This document shows, piece after piece, positions 33,633 to 34,791 of a stretch of DNA of 34,791 nucleotides. Under the pieces are notes generated by a model. That model did not search any database, was not told the DNA's origin, and saw only the letters and a program-made list of their open reading frames with translations. The first letter of the stretch is position 1. Every line of letters starts with the position of its first letter. Source of the stretch: Chiloscyllium plagiosum (Eukaryota); the NCBI RefSeq assembly GCF_004010195.1, contig NC_057756.1:9210862-9245652 (forward strand), read 5' to 3'. The position numbers and the translations under genes are program-made.

Positions 33633-34640
33633 TGGGGAGCAAGGGTGATTGTCCCGAGTAAAGGTCGCCACTAGATACTGGCCAAACTCCACCAGGGTCA
33701 TCCAGGGGTTTCCAAGCTGAAGATGCTGGCAAGAAGCTATGCCCTGCGACCTGGGTTGGATGGCGACATAGCTGCATTGGTGGAGCAGTGCTCAGAGTTC
33801 CCAAAAGGACAAAAATTGCCACCAGCAGCATCCACACATTCGTGGGAATGGCTGGTTAGAGTGCGGGTAAGTGGCGTTAAAATGCCCATCAGCCATAGTT
33901 GAATGGCAGGGTGGATTTGATGGGCCAAATGGCCTTACTTTCACTCCTATTTCTTTTGGTCATATGGTAAAGCCTGGACTCGGGTGCATGTCGACTATGC
34001 TGGCCCCTTCAGCAGGAACACCAATGCTGACCAAATGTCTCCTCTAAGCGAGACAGACTATTTAATTCAGGGGACGAAGTTTGGTGCTGCAACCATGGGA
34101 ATGGTTCTGTATGGGTATAAGAGGTTGATGCAAGGTCAGGTGCCGTCACTTACAAACTTCAGGTAGGTGATACAGTCCTGACCAAACATGTAGATCACCT
34201 GAAAGCTGATACCTCACAAATGCAGCAGCAGCAAAAGAGTCCTGACTCCTCAGAACAGCCAGAAGACCTGTCAGAAACTGTAGGTGCTCTCCCTCCGTCT
34301 AATATCAAGAAAACCTCAGTCCAAAATGGATGCAGCCGGACATTGCTACCGCCAGAAAAAGAGGAGGAAACTCTCCTGAGATATTCTGGACACAAGAGAC
34401 GGACCATGGTCTGGTACATGTCACCAGTGTCTCAGTACAAGTCTGAGAAACTAGACCTGGGCCGAAATCATAGCCAGAGAAGCTACAGGCGAACGATCAG
34501 GCCCACATCCTCAGATTTAGAGGGGGTGGGACGTAGTGATTGGAACCAGGTGGACCTCAGTGACTACAGGGTACTTGATTAGGGTTGTTAACCTGGGCTA
34601 ATCAGGTAAGCCCTGGCTTACCAATATAACCAGAAGTTCC
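33633..34640 (+). mobile_element. Gypsy LTR-retrotransposon remnant: integrase fragments, polypurine tract and start of 3' LTR; CR1 tail inserted at about 33853-33968
   Basis: WGARVIVP..LHQGHPGVSKLKMLARSY..WEW | KPWTRVHVDYAGPF-like motif, KHVDHLKA, and PPT 'agagggggtggga' at 34519-34531. Confidence 0.85.
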
Positions 34641-34791
34641 AACTCTATTTTGATTTAGTCCCTACCCTCCCCTTCACTGTTTTGATCACACAGCACTGCC
34701 CTTTGATGTGAAGGGCAGTGTTTGTCACTGGCCACTCGGGTGTTTTCCTATCTTCCTGGTGGTGGAAATTGAATAAAGATTCATGCACTTT

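Overview
Eukaryotic, repeat-dominated DNA from a draft cartilaginous-fish (shark-like) assembly with four N gaps (10795-10852, 16929-17428, 17665-18095, 26538-27332). The taxon is inferred from HE1-like V-SINEs, HER1/CR1 LINE tails, Deu-type SINEs and a typical 33-bp minisatellite. Nearly all ORF-track entries are repeat artefacts. Reading splice sites by hand gives six credible exons from three genes. (1) A + strand type I membrane protein: transmembrane exon 3463-3594 and cytoplasmic exon 7426-7482. (2) A - strand CADM4 Ig-V exon, 16656-16802. (3) The last three exons (30198-30320, 27988-28113, 25765-25961) of a - strand, probably GPI-anchored, multi-domain Ly6/uPAR (LU) gene, lying upstream of CADM4 on the same strand as PLAUR does in mammals. 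The rest is CR1/L2 LINE fragments, SINEs, Gypsy integrase/LTR remnants, Penelope-like GIY-YIG remnants with minimal hammerhead-ribozyme motifs (some forming long palindromes) and transposon-derived minisatellites. No wholly new system can be demonstrated; the best leads are the LU gene, the antisense receptor exons and the hammerhead-bearing palindromes.
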